Assembly: GCA_041658985.1 (NCBI GenBank)
Contig: JBAZZC010000001.1
Span: 1,813 to 65,812, forward strand
Length of the DNA: 64,000 nt
Origin: Minisyncoccota bacterium
GTDB lineage: Bacteria; Patescibacteriota; Minisyncoccia; Phycocordibacterales; DATDWN01
Direction: 5' to 3'
Below, in pieces: positions 38,915 through 48,290 of this stretch; the first letter of the stretch is position 1, and every line of letters begins with the position of its first letter. Made by a program: the position numbers and the translations under genes. Under the pieces are notes generated by a model. That model made no database searches, was not told the DNA's origin, and worked only from the letters and a program-made list of their open reading frames with translations.

Positions 38915-40343
38915 TTCCGTAAACAAAAATTAAAATAATAGGTGAAAAAGCTGGTAGATTTATTGAACCAAATGGAATACCTGCTCCAATATGTATCACT
39001 GTAAGTTGGTACCACAGCAAAATGTAGGTAAAAAAGGCTGGAATGTAAGATAGATAGAGAGAAACCAAGCCCACAATTCCAGTCACAAACCCAAAAAGCA
39101 TGGCTATTGGTATCGTTCCAAGAATTAAAACATTCACAGGAAGAGAAACCAGAGACAAAATACCCATATTGTAAATTAGATATGGAAGAACCGTAATTTG
39201 TGTAGCGATTGTGCCTGAAACTATTTCTCGTAATCCAAATTTTTCTGTTATCCATAACAGATATGGGGTAATGTAAGGCGAAACAAAAATCAACCCTATT
39301 GTAGCCAAGATAGAGAGTTGAAAAGATGGGTCAAATGCGAGTAGAAGTGGGTTTGGAGCAAGCATCAAAACAATTGTAAAACCAAAAACACGACTGATTT
39401 TATAATCTCTGTTCATTCTCTTAGCAAACAAGGCAACCAAAACCATAATCGCTGCTCGCCAGGCTGATGCTCCCCCACCAGAAAGAATTGTAAACAAAAT
39501 AATACCAACAACACCAAAACTGAAAGATAAATTTTTAGGCAAGAATTTGAAAAAGGCCATTATGCTCCCAGCAATAATAGCAATATTGTAGCCAGAGAGA
39601 ACAACAATATGAGAAACTCCTGTTTTTTGAAATTCTGAAAGTAATTCTTTGCCTAATGATTGCTTTGTTCCAAGTAAAAGTCCCGCCAAAAGACTTGATT
39701 GCGGTTCTGGTAAAACCCCGTTGATTGAATCAGTAAAAACTTTCTTTGTGCTAAATAATAAATTTTTTATGACACTACCGTGCCCACTTGATACCAGATT
39801 TATTGTTGTGTAATTACTCGTATACCAAATTCCCCTAACTCTTAAATATCCCCTGTAATCAAACATTCGACCATCTGTTTCAATTTCTCCAGGTTCTTTC
39901 AGGGTAACTTTCATTTTTACCCTATCTCCATATTTGTATTCTGGATAGATTGGAACTGTAACTAATATCTTTTCTTTCACTGCAACAGTGGTCGTCCCAA
40001 TATATATGTTACGCAAACTTACAGTTAATTTTGTATTATTTTCTCTAACGTCTGGCTCGTTTACTATTATTCCCTCGACAGAAATTTTTTGGTCAGCGTA
40101 TCTATCTAGTTGTGACTCTTTATACAAGTTTGAGACATACATTCTTCCTACACCAAACAAAATACCAACCATGGCTACCACAATAAAGGTTAAAACTATG
40201 CGGTACTCCTGTGCAATAAAATATTTATATACAAAAAAAATCACTGTGACAAAAACTAAAGCAATAAAAAACCCGACACCAATCGGAACAAATGACCCTA
40301 TTGCAATCCCACTGATGAAACCAAAAACAAAAGACAAAATCAT
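38859..40343 (-). CDS. comEC: ComEC/Rec2 competence-domain membrane protein (DUF4131 + competence domain; no MBL domain)
   Basis: polytopic membrane topology with ComEC competence domain pattern; 56-bp convergent overlap with sod 3' end. Confidence 0.7.
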   Translation of the reverse strand: MILSFVFGFISGIAIGSFVPIGVGFFIALVFVTVIFFVYKYFIAQEYRIVLTFIVVAMVGILFGVGRMYVSNLYKESQLDRYADQKISVEGIIVNEPDVRENNTKLTVSLRNIYIGTTTVAVKEKILVTVPIYPEYKYGDRVKMKVTLKEPGEIETDGRMFDYRGYLRVRGIWYTSNYTTINLVSSGHGSVIKNLLFSTKKVFTDSINGVLPEPQSSLLAGLLLGTKQSLGKELLSEFQKTGVSHIVVLSGYNIAIIAGSIMAFFKFLPKNLSFSFGVVGIILFTILSGGGASAWRAAIMVLVALFAKRMNRDYKISRVFGFTIVLMLAPNPLLLAFDPSFQLSILATIGLIFVSPYITPYLLWITEKFGLREIVSGTIATQITVLPYLIYNMGILSLVSLPVNVLILGTIPIAMLFGFVTGIVGLVSLYLSYIPAFFTYILLWYQLTVIHIGAGIPFGSINLPAFSPIILIFVYGIIFLGLYFLKNFSQHSAN

Positions 40344-40344
40344 A

Positions 40345-41016
40345 TCATTCCGTAAATTCTTTTATGATTTCTTCCTCATTTTCGGGAGAAATACTTTTTT
40401 TATATTTTGCATTAACACCATGAACTCTCTTTTTGCATTCTTCCCAAGTCTTGTGAACTTCCACAACACCATCAACCATACTTATATAGGAATAGGCACG
40501 ACTTTTTGATTTTGACTTCTTCGAAGTTTTTGTTTCTTTAATTGAAACATCAACTCCATACCTTTGGCGCGAACCACTGTATAGCACGACAGGAACCCTA
40601 TCAGCAAAAGACGTGGCAATCACATCACATCTTTCATTTCCAGCTGTTCCACTGTGACCTTTTATAAGTTTCCAATCAATTATTTTGTGTTTTCTAGCAT
40701 CATCAAGCCTCTTCCACAAGTCTTTATTCAAAACATCTTCCTTTTTTGATGTTTTCCATTTATTTTTATTCCAACCAATAACCCAGCGAGTGATTCCGTT
40801 TACAACATAGGCAGAATCAGTATATATAGTCATTTCCCTCTCTTGTAAAACAGAATCTAGAGCAGAAATAACTGCCAGAAGTTCCATACGATTGTTTGTA
40901 GTGTGGTCTTCTCTTCCACCAAGCTCAATTGCCTTATCATCTGTTAGAATAACAACCCCCCATCCACCAGGACCAGGGTTTCCTCTTGCCGAACCATCTG
41001 TAAAAATTGTAACCAT
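40345..41016 (-). CDS. rnhA: ribonuclease HI with C-terminal hybrid-binding (RNase H1-N / caulimovirus VI-like) domain
   Basis: IFTDGSARGNPGPGGWG...DSAYV...HSGTAGNERCD catalytic core; C-terminal YSYISMVDGVVEVHKTWEECKKRVHGVNAKYKKS resembles HBD. Confidence 0.75.
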   Translation of the reverse strand: MVTIFTDGSARGNPGPGGWGVVILTDDKAIELGGREDHTTNNRMELLAVISALDSVLQEREMTIYTDSAYVVNGITRWVIGWNKNKWKTSKKEDVLNKDLWKRLDDARKHKIIDWKLIKGHSGTAGNERCDVIATSFADRVPVVLYSGSRQRYGVDVSIKETKTSKKSKSKSRAYSYISMVDGVVEVHKTWEECKKRVHGVNAKYKKSISPENEEEIIKEFTE

Positions 41017-41044
41017 TAAACAAGTATAACAAAATCTCGTTGTA

Positions 41045-41150
41045 GTCGTACATTGAAGAGAGACTAGTGAGGCTGTCGAGCCGAACTCAAGCAAAATTCT
41101 AGCAAGAATTTATGCGTGTCTCTCAGAAATGTACGACGAAAAAAGAGATT
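41045..41150. repeat. type-B inverted-repeat element (copy 1)
   Basis: about 105 bp with 17-bp arms gtacattgaagagagac/gtctctcagaaatgtac; inverted copy at 49530-49640 (about 85% identity). Confidence 0.6.
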
Positions 41151-41155
41151 TTTTA

Positions 41156-42922
41156 TCAAAAAATATCCACAATCCTCAGTCTTAATTCAGGAAAGTTGCG
41201 GAATGTTGATTTTTCCAATGTTGCGACAAGATTTATATTACTTCCCACTTTGATGGGTACTGGAAATTTATCTCCATTTGAGAAAAACGCAATCGCAGTT
41301 ACATCTGAATTTTTTCCGCTAGAGGCGGATCCGCCTCTGGCGGAAAATTTTAGTTCTAAATGATTTTGTTCTTTGCCAAAAAGTTTCATTCCGACTACTG
41401 TAATATTTTCAAAAAGAAAAAGTGGTTTTGGATTGTTTAGCCCAAAAGGTGCAAATTTTTCCACAGAACTATATGTATCCCAATCCACATCATTGAGAGA
41501 AAGTTTTTTATCTATTAACGTATCCTCAGTTATTTTGTGTTCTTTTGTTAATTCTAAAAATGCTTCATTCAACCTACTCTCCAGTATATGAATATTTTCC
41601 TGTGCCACAGAAAAGCCCCCAGCTCCTTTGTGTCCTCCGTAGTCCACAAAAACATCTTTGGCTTTTTCCATGAGCGCCACAACATCTGTGTCTCCTCCAG
41701 CACGACAGGAACCTTTTATAATTGCGCTTCCGTTACTTCCTTCTCTCCCCCAAAAGAAAACCGGACGATTGTGCTCATCAGAGAAACTGTTTGCAACAAG
41801 TCCTAGAAGAGACGGTTTCCACTCTGGATTTCCAAAAACCAAAACGTGTTTTCCGCCCAAGGCGGATCCGCCTTGGGCGGACATGTCACCAAATCTTTCA
41901 TCAATTCTTTTTTTTATTTCTTTTATCATACTTCCCACCACACCCTTTCTCTCATCATTTTTATTATTCAAATGCTGTGCCAATACTCCCGCTTCCACTT
42001 CATCGATTGTAGATAATAAAGTAAATGCATCTTTGGGAATTCCCATTCGTGAGGCAGCGTTGATTCGTGGAGTAATCATAAAAGCAACATCATCTTCCGT
42101 TGCTGTGTTTTGGTTTATCCTAAGTAGAGAAAATAATTTCTGGAGTCCTGCCCGTGGACTTTTTTGTAAAACCTTCATCCCATAATAAGAAAAAATCCTA
42201 TTCTCACCTAAAAGCGGAACCATATCAGAAAGTGTGGCCAGTCCAACCATATCGAGCATCCACTTTTCTTGACCATCCTTCCATTCAAACTTTCTAGATT
42301 TAATTAGAGCTTGAATGACTTTAAATATCACCCCAGCACCACAAAGCATTTTTTCTGGATACTGACACCCCTTTTGTTTTGGGTTTATTATGGCGAATGC
42401 TTTTGGTAATTTTTTTCCTGGTATGTGATGGTCGGTAATAATTACGTCAATCCCGTGTTTCTCCGCGGTCTCTACTTGTTCAACGTCTGTAATTCCACAA
42501 TCAATTGTGATGAGCAATTTCACACCTCCCTCCGCCAACAAGTCAATTGCTTCGTGATTAAGTCCGAATCCCTCCTCATTACGAAGCGGAATATAATTTA
42601 CAAAATTGTTGTAGTTAATTTTTTTAAAAAAATCGTGCAAGATAACTGCCCCGGGAATACCATCTGCATCATAGTCACTATATATTCCAATTTTTTCATT
42701 ATTCTTGATGGCTTTCAGAATTCTTTCCACCACCTTTTTCATATCTTTTAGTAGATAGGGGTCATGAACATGTTTATCGTAATCTGGGCTGAGGAACTGC
42801 TGTGAAGCTTCTACATCACTAATTCCCCTTGCATATAATAGAGCTCTAACGAGAGGGTGATAGATTTTTAATCTTTCATCTATGTCTTGTGGAATCGGGT
42901 CTCGTAGAGCATATTTTTTCAT
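41156..42922 (-). CDS. recJ: single-stranded-DNA-specific exonuclease RecJ
   Basis: DHH motifs DYDADGIPG, ITDHH, DHH-associated DHHA1 region. Confidence 0.85.
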   Translation of the reverse strand: MKKYALRDPIPQDIDERLKIYHPLVRALLYARGISDVEASQQFLSPDYDKHVHDPYLLKDMKKVVERILKAIKNNEKIGIYSDYDADGIPGAVILHDFFKKINYNNFVNYIPLRNEEGFGLNHEAIDLLAEGGVKLLITIDCGITDVEQVETAEKHGIDVIITDHHIPGKKLPKAFAIINPKQKGCQYPEKMLCGAGVIFKVIQALIKSRKFEWKDGQEKWMLDMVGLATLSDMVPLLGENRIFSYYGMKVLQKSPRAGLQKLFSLLRINQNTATEDDVAFMITPRINAASRMGIPKDAFTLLSTIDEVEAGVLAQHLNNKNDERKGVVGSMIKEIKKRIDERFGDMSAQGGSALGGKHVLVFGNPEWKPSLLGLVANSFSDEHNRPVFFWGREGSNGSAIIKGSCRAGGDTDVVALMEKAKDVFVDYGGHKGAGGFSVAQENIHILESRLNEAFLELTKEHKITEDTLIDKKLSLNDVDWDTYSSVEKFAPFGLNNPKPLFLFENITVVGMKLFGKEQNHLELKFSARGGSASSGKNSDVTAIAFFSNGDKFPVPIKVGSNINLVATLEKSTFRNFPELRLRIVDIF

Positions 42923-42964
42923 TTAACTAGTGTAACACAGCTAGACATAGCGTGAATAACAAAA

Positions 42965-43710
42965 CAAATGTGGTAAAAATAAAAGCACACGGAGGCGTTG
43001 CCTCCAAAGTTGTTTGTGTTATACTTATGACATGGCCTTACGAAAACAAAATTTTGTTCCCGGGGAATTCTATCACCTATACAACCGCGGCACCGACAAA
43101 AGAATTATTTTTGCAGATAAAAAAGATTATGAACATTTTTTATTTTTGATGCACATCTGCAATACCACCAAGAATATAGAGTCAAGAAATATTAATGAAA
43201 CCTTTAATCGTGAAGAAACTCTTGTTGACATAGGAGCATACTGCCTCATGCCAAATCATTTTCATTTTTTAGTATACGAAAAAACAGAAGGTGGGGTTTC
43301 TAAATATATGCTTAAACTAATGACCGGATATTCAATGTACTTTAATAAAAAATACGAGCGCACAGGAAAATTATATGAGGGGGTATTCAAATCAATTCAT
43401 ACACAAAACGACAACTATTTAAAATATCTATATTCATATATTCATTTAAATCCCGCCAAATTAATTGATAAGGATTGGAAAACGAGCAAGAATAGAAATG
43501 TTGTAAACTTATTAAAATATGTTTTTGATTATAAATATTCAAGTTTACAAGAATATGTGGGTTTAAAATTTAAAATTATAAATCCAATACCATTCCCTAC
43601 TTATTTCAAAGAACCCGATGACCACAAAAAAGAGCTTTTTGAATGGCTCAGTCTCAAAGAAGATTAGCTGATACGGAGGCGTTGCCTCTGTATTGCCTCT
43701 GTAATTTAAA
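42965..43710 (+). mobile_element. IS200/IS605-family minimal insertion sequence (tnpA only) with subterminal hairpins
   Basis: Y1 HUH transposase gene flanked by same-orientation hairpins acggaggcgttgcctcc at 42977-42999 and 43673-43690. Confidence 0.6.
43014..43667 (+). CDS. tnpA: Y1 HUH transposase (IS200-like TnpA / RAYT-like)
   Basis: HUH motif NHFHFLV and catalytic tyrosine motif YSYIHLNP. Confidence 0.7.
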   Translation: MCYTYDMALRKQNFVPGEFYHLYNRGTDKRIIFADKKDYEHFLFLMHICNTTKNIESRNINETFNREETLVDIGAYCLMPNHFHFLVYEKTEGGVSKYMLKLMTGYSMYFNKKYERTGKLYEGVFKSIHTQNDNYLKYLYSYIHLNPAKLIDKDWKTSKNRNVVNLLKYVFDYKYSSLQEYVGLKFKIINPIPFPTYFKEPDDHKKELFEWLSLKED

Positions 43711-43731
43711 ATTTGTGTTAAAATAATAAAT

Positions 43732-44100
43732 GTGGAAAACTGTATATTTTGCAAAATAGTTAAAGGAGAAATTCCTTCACATAAAGTTTATGAGGATGAA
43801 AATTTCTTGGCTTTTTTAAGTATTGAACCGGAATCACCAGGACACACCCTGGTAATTCCAAAAGAACATTATAGATGGGTTTGGGGTGTGCCAAATGTCG
43901 GAGAATATTTTGAAGTAGCTAAAAAAATTGCACTTGCCCAACAAAAAGCATTTGATACCGACTGGATACTTTCAAAAATAGTTGGTGAAGAAATCCCCCA
44001 CGCTCACATTTGGGTCTTTCCAAATGATAAAGTCAAAGGGGATAAAAAAGATTTTGAAACAAACGCCAAAAAAATTATAGAGAATCTACAAGTTTTATAA
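43732..44100 (+). CDS. HIT-family (histidine triad) nucleotide hydrolase
   Basis: CIFCKI...GHTLVIPK...PHAHIWVFP histidine triad. Confidence 0.85.
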   Translation: MENCIFCKIVKGEIPSHKVYEDENFLAFLSIEPESPGHTLVIPKEHYRWVWGVPNVGEYFEVAKKIALAQQKAFDTDWILSKIVGEEIPHAHIWVFPNDKVKGDKKDFETNAKKIIENLQVL

Positions 44101-44845
44101 TCTCAATAAAATCTTTTACTCGCAAGCTCTCTCGCCCAACCAGAAGTCCTGCAACATTTCCATCACGGACCAAAACATCGGCATTTACCCTGTCTGCATC
44201 ACCACCATATATTATTTTTACACCTTCAGAAAAAGCCCCACACAAATCTTTTAAAACTTTTTTGATAAAAATAGACATCTCGTGGAGCTCTCCAGGACTA
44301 ACTGGCTCTGGACCACCAACGGCCCATAATGGCTCGTAAGCAATGACCACTTGGTCCAATTGTTTTTTAGAAACATCTTTTAGGCTAGAGACAATTTGCT
44401 GTTTTATAAAATTATAGAAATCACCGTTTGCATCTCGGCTACTTTCTCCAACACAAATTATTGCAGTCATTCCCCCGCCAATTACAGCCCTAACTTTTTT
44501 ATTTATAAGCTCATCACTCTCCCCTCCGCCAGTTGGCGGATATCTTCTTTCTGAGTGACCAACAATTACATAATCAACTTTAAATTGGGTAAGCTCGGCA
44601 AAACTAACTTCACCAGTGAAAGAACCAAGTGCTTCATAATTTGCATTTTGTGCACCAAGAGAAAGTGAACCAGCCATCAAATTAGATATAGAAGAAAGAA
44701 AAACAAAAGGTGGACAAAGAACGACCGTGGTATTTTTTACACCACGCATTGCTCTTTTTACATTTACCGCTATTTTCTTTGCTTCTTCTAAACTTTGTGG
44801 ATTCATTTTCCAATTTCCCACCACAAGTCTTTTTGGTTTTTTCAT
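44075..44845 (-). CDS. tpiA: triosephosphate isomerase
   Basis: VGHSERR, AYEPLWAVG, GG motifs. Confidence 0.9.
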   Translation of the reverse strand: MKKPKRLVVGNWKMNPQSLEEAKKIAVNVKRAMRGVKNTTVVLCPPFVFLSSISNLMAGSLSLGAQNANYEALGSFTGEVSFAELTQFKVDYVIVGHSERRYPPTGGGESDELINKKVRAVIGGGMTAIICVGESSRDANGDFYNFIKQQIVSSLKDVSKKQLDQVVIAYEPLWAVGGPEPVSPGELHEMSIFIKKVLKDLCGAFSEGVKIIYGGDADRVNADVLVRDGNVAGLLVGRESLRVKDFIEIIKLVDSL

Positions 44846-44891
44846 AGTTGCTATTTTAACACAAAATCAAATTCTGGGGATTTTTAGGACT

Positions 44892-45000
44892 TTTAGATTT
44901 GGATGCAATTCGCGAAAGATGAGAAAAATGATTTGAGCTTGCCTGAGTGCGCAAGTGAAAATCATTTTTTGAAATCTGACAAAGAAGTGCGCCAAATATA
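44892..45000. repeat. family-2 structured palindromic element copy f
   Basis: atttggatgcaattcgcgaaa...gagCTTGCctgagtgcGCAAGtga...gtgcgccaaatat; abuts stop codon of upstream gene. Confidence 0.75.
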
Positions 45001-45006
45001 AAAGTC

Positions 45007-46800
45007 CTATTCTACTTCCTCCCAAGAAGAGATTGACCACCCTCCACTAGGCCCACTTGAAAAATTCACGTCAGCTAAGCCACTTTCGTAATTTATAATA
45101 GCTCCACCAGAAGCTTTTATAAGATATGCCGTAGCGGCCTTCACACCAGAACCACCATTTAAGGTCATCGTTCCTCTTTGGGCACTTAAAATGACAGCCC
45201 CAGCACCTCCAGAGAGAGTCAGTGCATCAACCCCACCACAAGATGAGTCGATTGGACAATTGCTTGTGGTAAGAACCATTAAATAACTCCCAGCTTGACC
45301 CGAACCAGATAAATTTCCTCCACCCGCTAGAGATACTATATTATCAGAGAGAAGCACTCCACTTTTTGTTCCATATGATGCGGCAAGTTTTATTTTTCCT
45401 CCCCCACTTAAAGTAATAGTGCCTTGAACCCAGATTGTTCCTGAGAGGGTAAGAGTTCCACCACCATTTACAACAAGATTACCTGTGATTTTTGTCGGCC
45501 CCACTGTCGCTCCTGCCCAACCAACAGTATAGTTACCAGTTATCGTTCCACCAGCGGAGGCCTCACTTTTCCAGTCCGCTATGTTGCTGTCAGAGATTGG
45601 GTAACCGGTAGGTGATGGGTCTGGCCTTGATGTGTCGCATGATTTGTTGTTGTCATCTCCAGTCTGGCAATAAAGATTACCCGCGACTTGTGCACCAGTT
45701 ACATTGTGGGCGTAAGCATCACCAACACCACCACTACCAATAACCACTGCACCAACATAAGTTCCACCACCGATAGTTGAGGTTAATCCACCCAAATAAA
45801 TCCGAAAGTATCCATCTAGTCCAACTGGGTTGGTATTGTTCCAGGTTCCAGCATATTTTCCTAGTTTTGCTGAACCGTTGGTGTATGATGAATTTCCTCC
45901 AATGGTGTAATAGTTGGTGGAACTTTGGGTGCTATTGTCTAACACTAACCAATAGGTCGTCCCAGGAATAAGTTCTGGATTATCGGGAAACACAACATCA
46001 ACCCAACCATAGTTTATAGACACGAGTGATGCCGAAAGCGTTCCTTGTGTTGTAAATAAATTAGTTGTACTTGGATTTCCAGAAGAATTGGTAACCATTC
46101 TCACTGTAATATCTGATGGGCTACCTGTCTTTTTTATATAAAGACTGACTTTGTTTATTGGGCCCTGATTTGTAACTTGAAAACTCTGGGCTAAATCTTG
46201 GGTGGTTGATGTATCTCTAAATTTAATATTATTTGTTGGTGGTGTTGGAGTATCGTTTAATTGGTCTGAACTTAATGCAGAACTATTTGCCGCAATGGCC
46301 GAACCAGTAATAGTTACACCATTTGTGGCAATAATATCTCCATTCGAATACACATTGCCGTTTACCCTAGACCCACCACTTAAATTAAAACCACCGGTTC
46401 CAGTTTGAATACCATAATTGAAGGCTGTGCCAACCCCAGTTGTTACACTCGATTGCATCTTCCTGATTATTCCAGCTCTATCAGAGACAGCATTAATAGT
46501 CTTTCCTTCTGATGTGGAGATAACATTAATCGTCGCCGTATAACCGTTTAGAACAACAGTGTCCCCGGAACTAACTGTTTTCCCAGTTTTTAGACGATAC
46601 ACAGCATCTTCGAGCGCTCCTTCAGCTAAATAATAACTTTCTTTTGAAAAAACCACCTCCTTCGAAATAGTAGCTTGTTTTAAAATTGGGCTAATAATTC
46701 CAAACACAATAGTCATAGACGTAAACAAGAAAAATATCACTGCGATAAGCATTGCTGCACCTTTATTATATTTATTTTTTTTGTCTTTTTTATTACTCAT
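45007..46800 (-). CDS. large Gly/Thr/Ser-rich exported protein (597 aa) in pilus cluster; possible pilus-associated adhesin
   Basis: N-terminal hydrophobic anchor, beta-rich low-complexity body; not a canonical prepilin (no E at +5). Confidence 0.5.
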   Translation of the reverse strand: MSNKKDKKNKYNKGAAMLIAVIFFLFTSMTIVFGIISPILKQATISKEVVFSKESYYLAEGALEDAVYRLKTGKTVSSGDTVVLNGYTATINVISTSEGKTINAVSDRAGIIRKMQSSVTTGVGTAFNYGIQTGTGGFNLSGGSRVNGNVYSNGDIIATNGVTITGSAIAANSSALSSDQLNDTPTPPTNNIKFRDTSTTQDLAQSFQVTNQGPINKVSLYIKKTGSPSDITVRMVTNSSGNPSTTNLFTTQGTLSASLVSINYGWVDVVFPDNPELIPGTTYWLVLDNSTQSSTNYYTIGGNSSYTNGSAKLGKYAGTWNNTNPVGLDGYFRIYLGGLTSTIGGGTYVGAVVIGSGGVGDAYAHNVTGAQVAGNLYCQTGDDNNKSCDTSRPDPSPTGYPISDSNIADWKSEASAGGTITGNYTVGWAGATVGPTKITGNLVVNGGGTLTLSGTIWVQGTITLSGGGKIKLAASYGTKSGVLLSDNIVSLAGGGNLSGSGQAGSYLMVLTTSNCPIDSSCGGVDALTLSGGAGAVILSAQRGTMTLNGGSGVKAATAYLIKASGGAIINYESGLADVNFSSGPSGGWSISSWEEVE

Positions 46801-46804
46801 GTTC

Positions 46805-47320
46805 TTAGACTGCCCTTAAAACAACTGTCGAGTGGTAAGTTCTTGTTTCAGTCACAGTTCCAGCTGTTCCAGAAACAGTCATATCAATTTTAATTGCCGT
46901 AGAGATACCGCTCTCCAGTTTTGTAAAAACGAGACTGTTGATGACAGAATCAGAGGCAGATAATGGACCAAAATAACTTCCGTTAACATCAAGCCTTATT
47001 ACTCCATTTTGAAAATAAAATTTTTCTGTTGTAGAAACACCATCAACGGTAGAGATAATTACCAACACCCCCAAGTTTGTGCCAAAAACGCTGTTTATGG
47101 AATCAACTTGATTTGCTGACCTTATATCTCGGGTGAGTCTCTCCATAACATCTACTGCCGAATGGTCTACTTTGCGTAAGGCGACAACATTTCTGTAGCT
47201 TCTAGTAAAAGATAGGGTTGTATTTATCATGAGAAGAGAGACAACAGACAAAATAGCTAAATAAATAATCATCTCTACCAAAGAATATCCAGATTTTTTT
47301 GTTTCCTTGTGTCTTATCAT
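46805..47320 (-). CDS. type IV pilin-like protein (prepilin N-terminus GYSLVEM)
   Basis: class III signal peptide motif. Confidence 0.7.
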   Translation of the reverse strand: MIRHKETKKSGYSLVEMIIYLAILSVVSLLMINTTLSFTRSYRNVVALRKVDHSAVDVMERLTRDIRSANQVDSINSVFGTNLGVLVIISTVDGVSTTEKFYFQNGVIRLDVNGSYFGPLSASDSVINSLVFTKLESGISTAIKIDMTVSGTAGTVTETRTYHSTVVLRAV

Positions 47321-47782
47321 TTAATTGTAGAGATTTGTTATATAAGTTGATATTGCTCTGGTTGTTGTACCATGCCCCTGCCAATATTCAACGGTTGTTG
47401 TTATCTTTTTTGTGTTTGGATCATATGTGCCACTTGCTGAAATCTCATCCCCAGCATCTCGTTTAACATCAGTAATATTTATTTTTCTCAAAAAAATATT
47501 ATCAATGTACTGAGGCGTGGTCGTAGTAGCCCAATCATTACTAAAAGATAAATAATATGTAGTCGAGGTTGATAAGGCGGAAATGTTTGTCCAACTTTTG
47601 TCACGAAAATAAGTCATTATCTCAAGTCCCTCCTCTAAAATATAGCTGGCACTGACATTTTGTTGGTTAGCAAAAGCATATTGGACATAGGTACTAAATA
47701 CCGAGCTGACAGCAAGAATGCCAACTGAAATTATGGCTGAACCAATTAATATCTCCACTAATGCCATCCCTTTGTTATTCAT
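47321..47782 (-). CDS. type IV pilin/pseudopilin-like protein
   Basis: KGMALVEILIGSAII N-terminal motif. Confidence 0.65.
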   Translation of the reverse strand: MNNKGMALVEILIGSAIISVGILAVSSVFSTYVQYAFANQQNVSASYILEEGLEIMTYFRDKSWTNISALSTSTTYYLSFSNDWATTTTPQYIDNIFLRKINITDVKRDAGDEISASGTYDPNTKKITTTVEYWQGHGTTTRAISTYITNLYN

Positions 47783-47783
47783 T

Positions 47784-48248
47784 TTATTGATATTCCATTA
47801 AACCCGTTTTATATATTGTAACAGTTTTCGATTTTGATATCCCAGGAGAAGACACAACCACCGTGCCATAGTTAACGGTCTCACCTGTTAGACGATCAAA
47901 AACCACATCACTTCCACTTGGCGTAAGACTAATCGTCAAAATTGTGTCCGTAGAACTCAAAATAAAATCTTGGTTGGTTGGACTACCCGCAATGTAACTA
48001 GTCCCAACGAACAAGGTAACCTTAGTCGAAGAAAAGTGAACACCATAACTAGAGGAGTTTTTTGATGTCAGAGTTTGATTGCGTGCCTGTCTTAAAACTT
48101 CAACGACAGTGTCTGTATCCATATTAAGTGCCTGGTTTGTTTTAAAAGTTACAAATGTGTTAAAAATTATCATAGAGACGACTGACATAATAGCTACTAC
48201 GACAAGCAATTCGACTAAGGTAAACCCATGTTTAAATGATAATTTCAT
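47784..48248 (-). CDS. type IV major pilin-like protein
   Basis: KHGFTLVELLVVVAIMS canonical prepilin leader and hydrophobic helix. Confidence 0.8.
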   Translation of the reverse strand: MKLSFKHGFTLVELLVVVAIMSVVSMIIFNTFVTFKTNQALNMDTDTVVEVLRQARNQTLTSKNSSSYGVHFSSTKVTLFVGTSYIAGSPTNQDFILSSTDTILTISLTPSGSDVVFDRLTGETVNYGTVVVSSPGISKSKTVTIYKTGLMEYQ

Positions 48249-48290
48249 TTTTTGAAAATTAAAAACCAGAAACTGAAAATCTAACTAATA

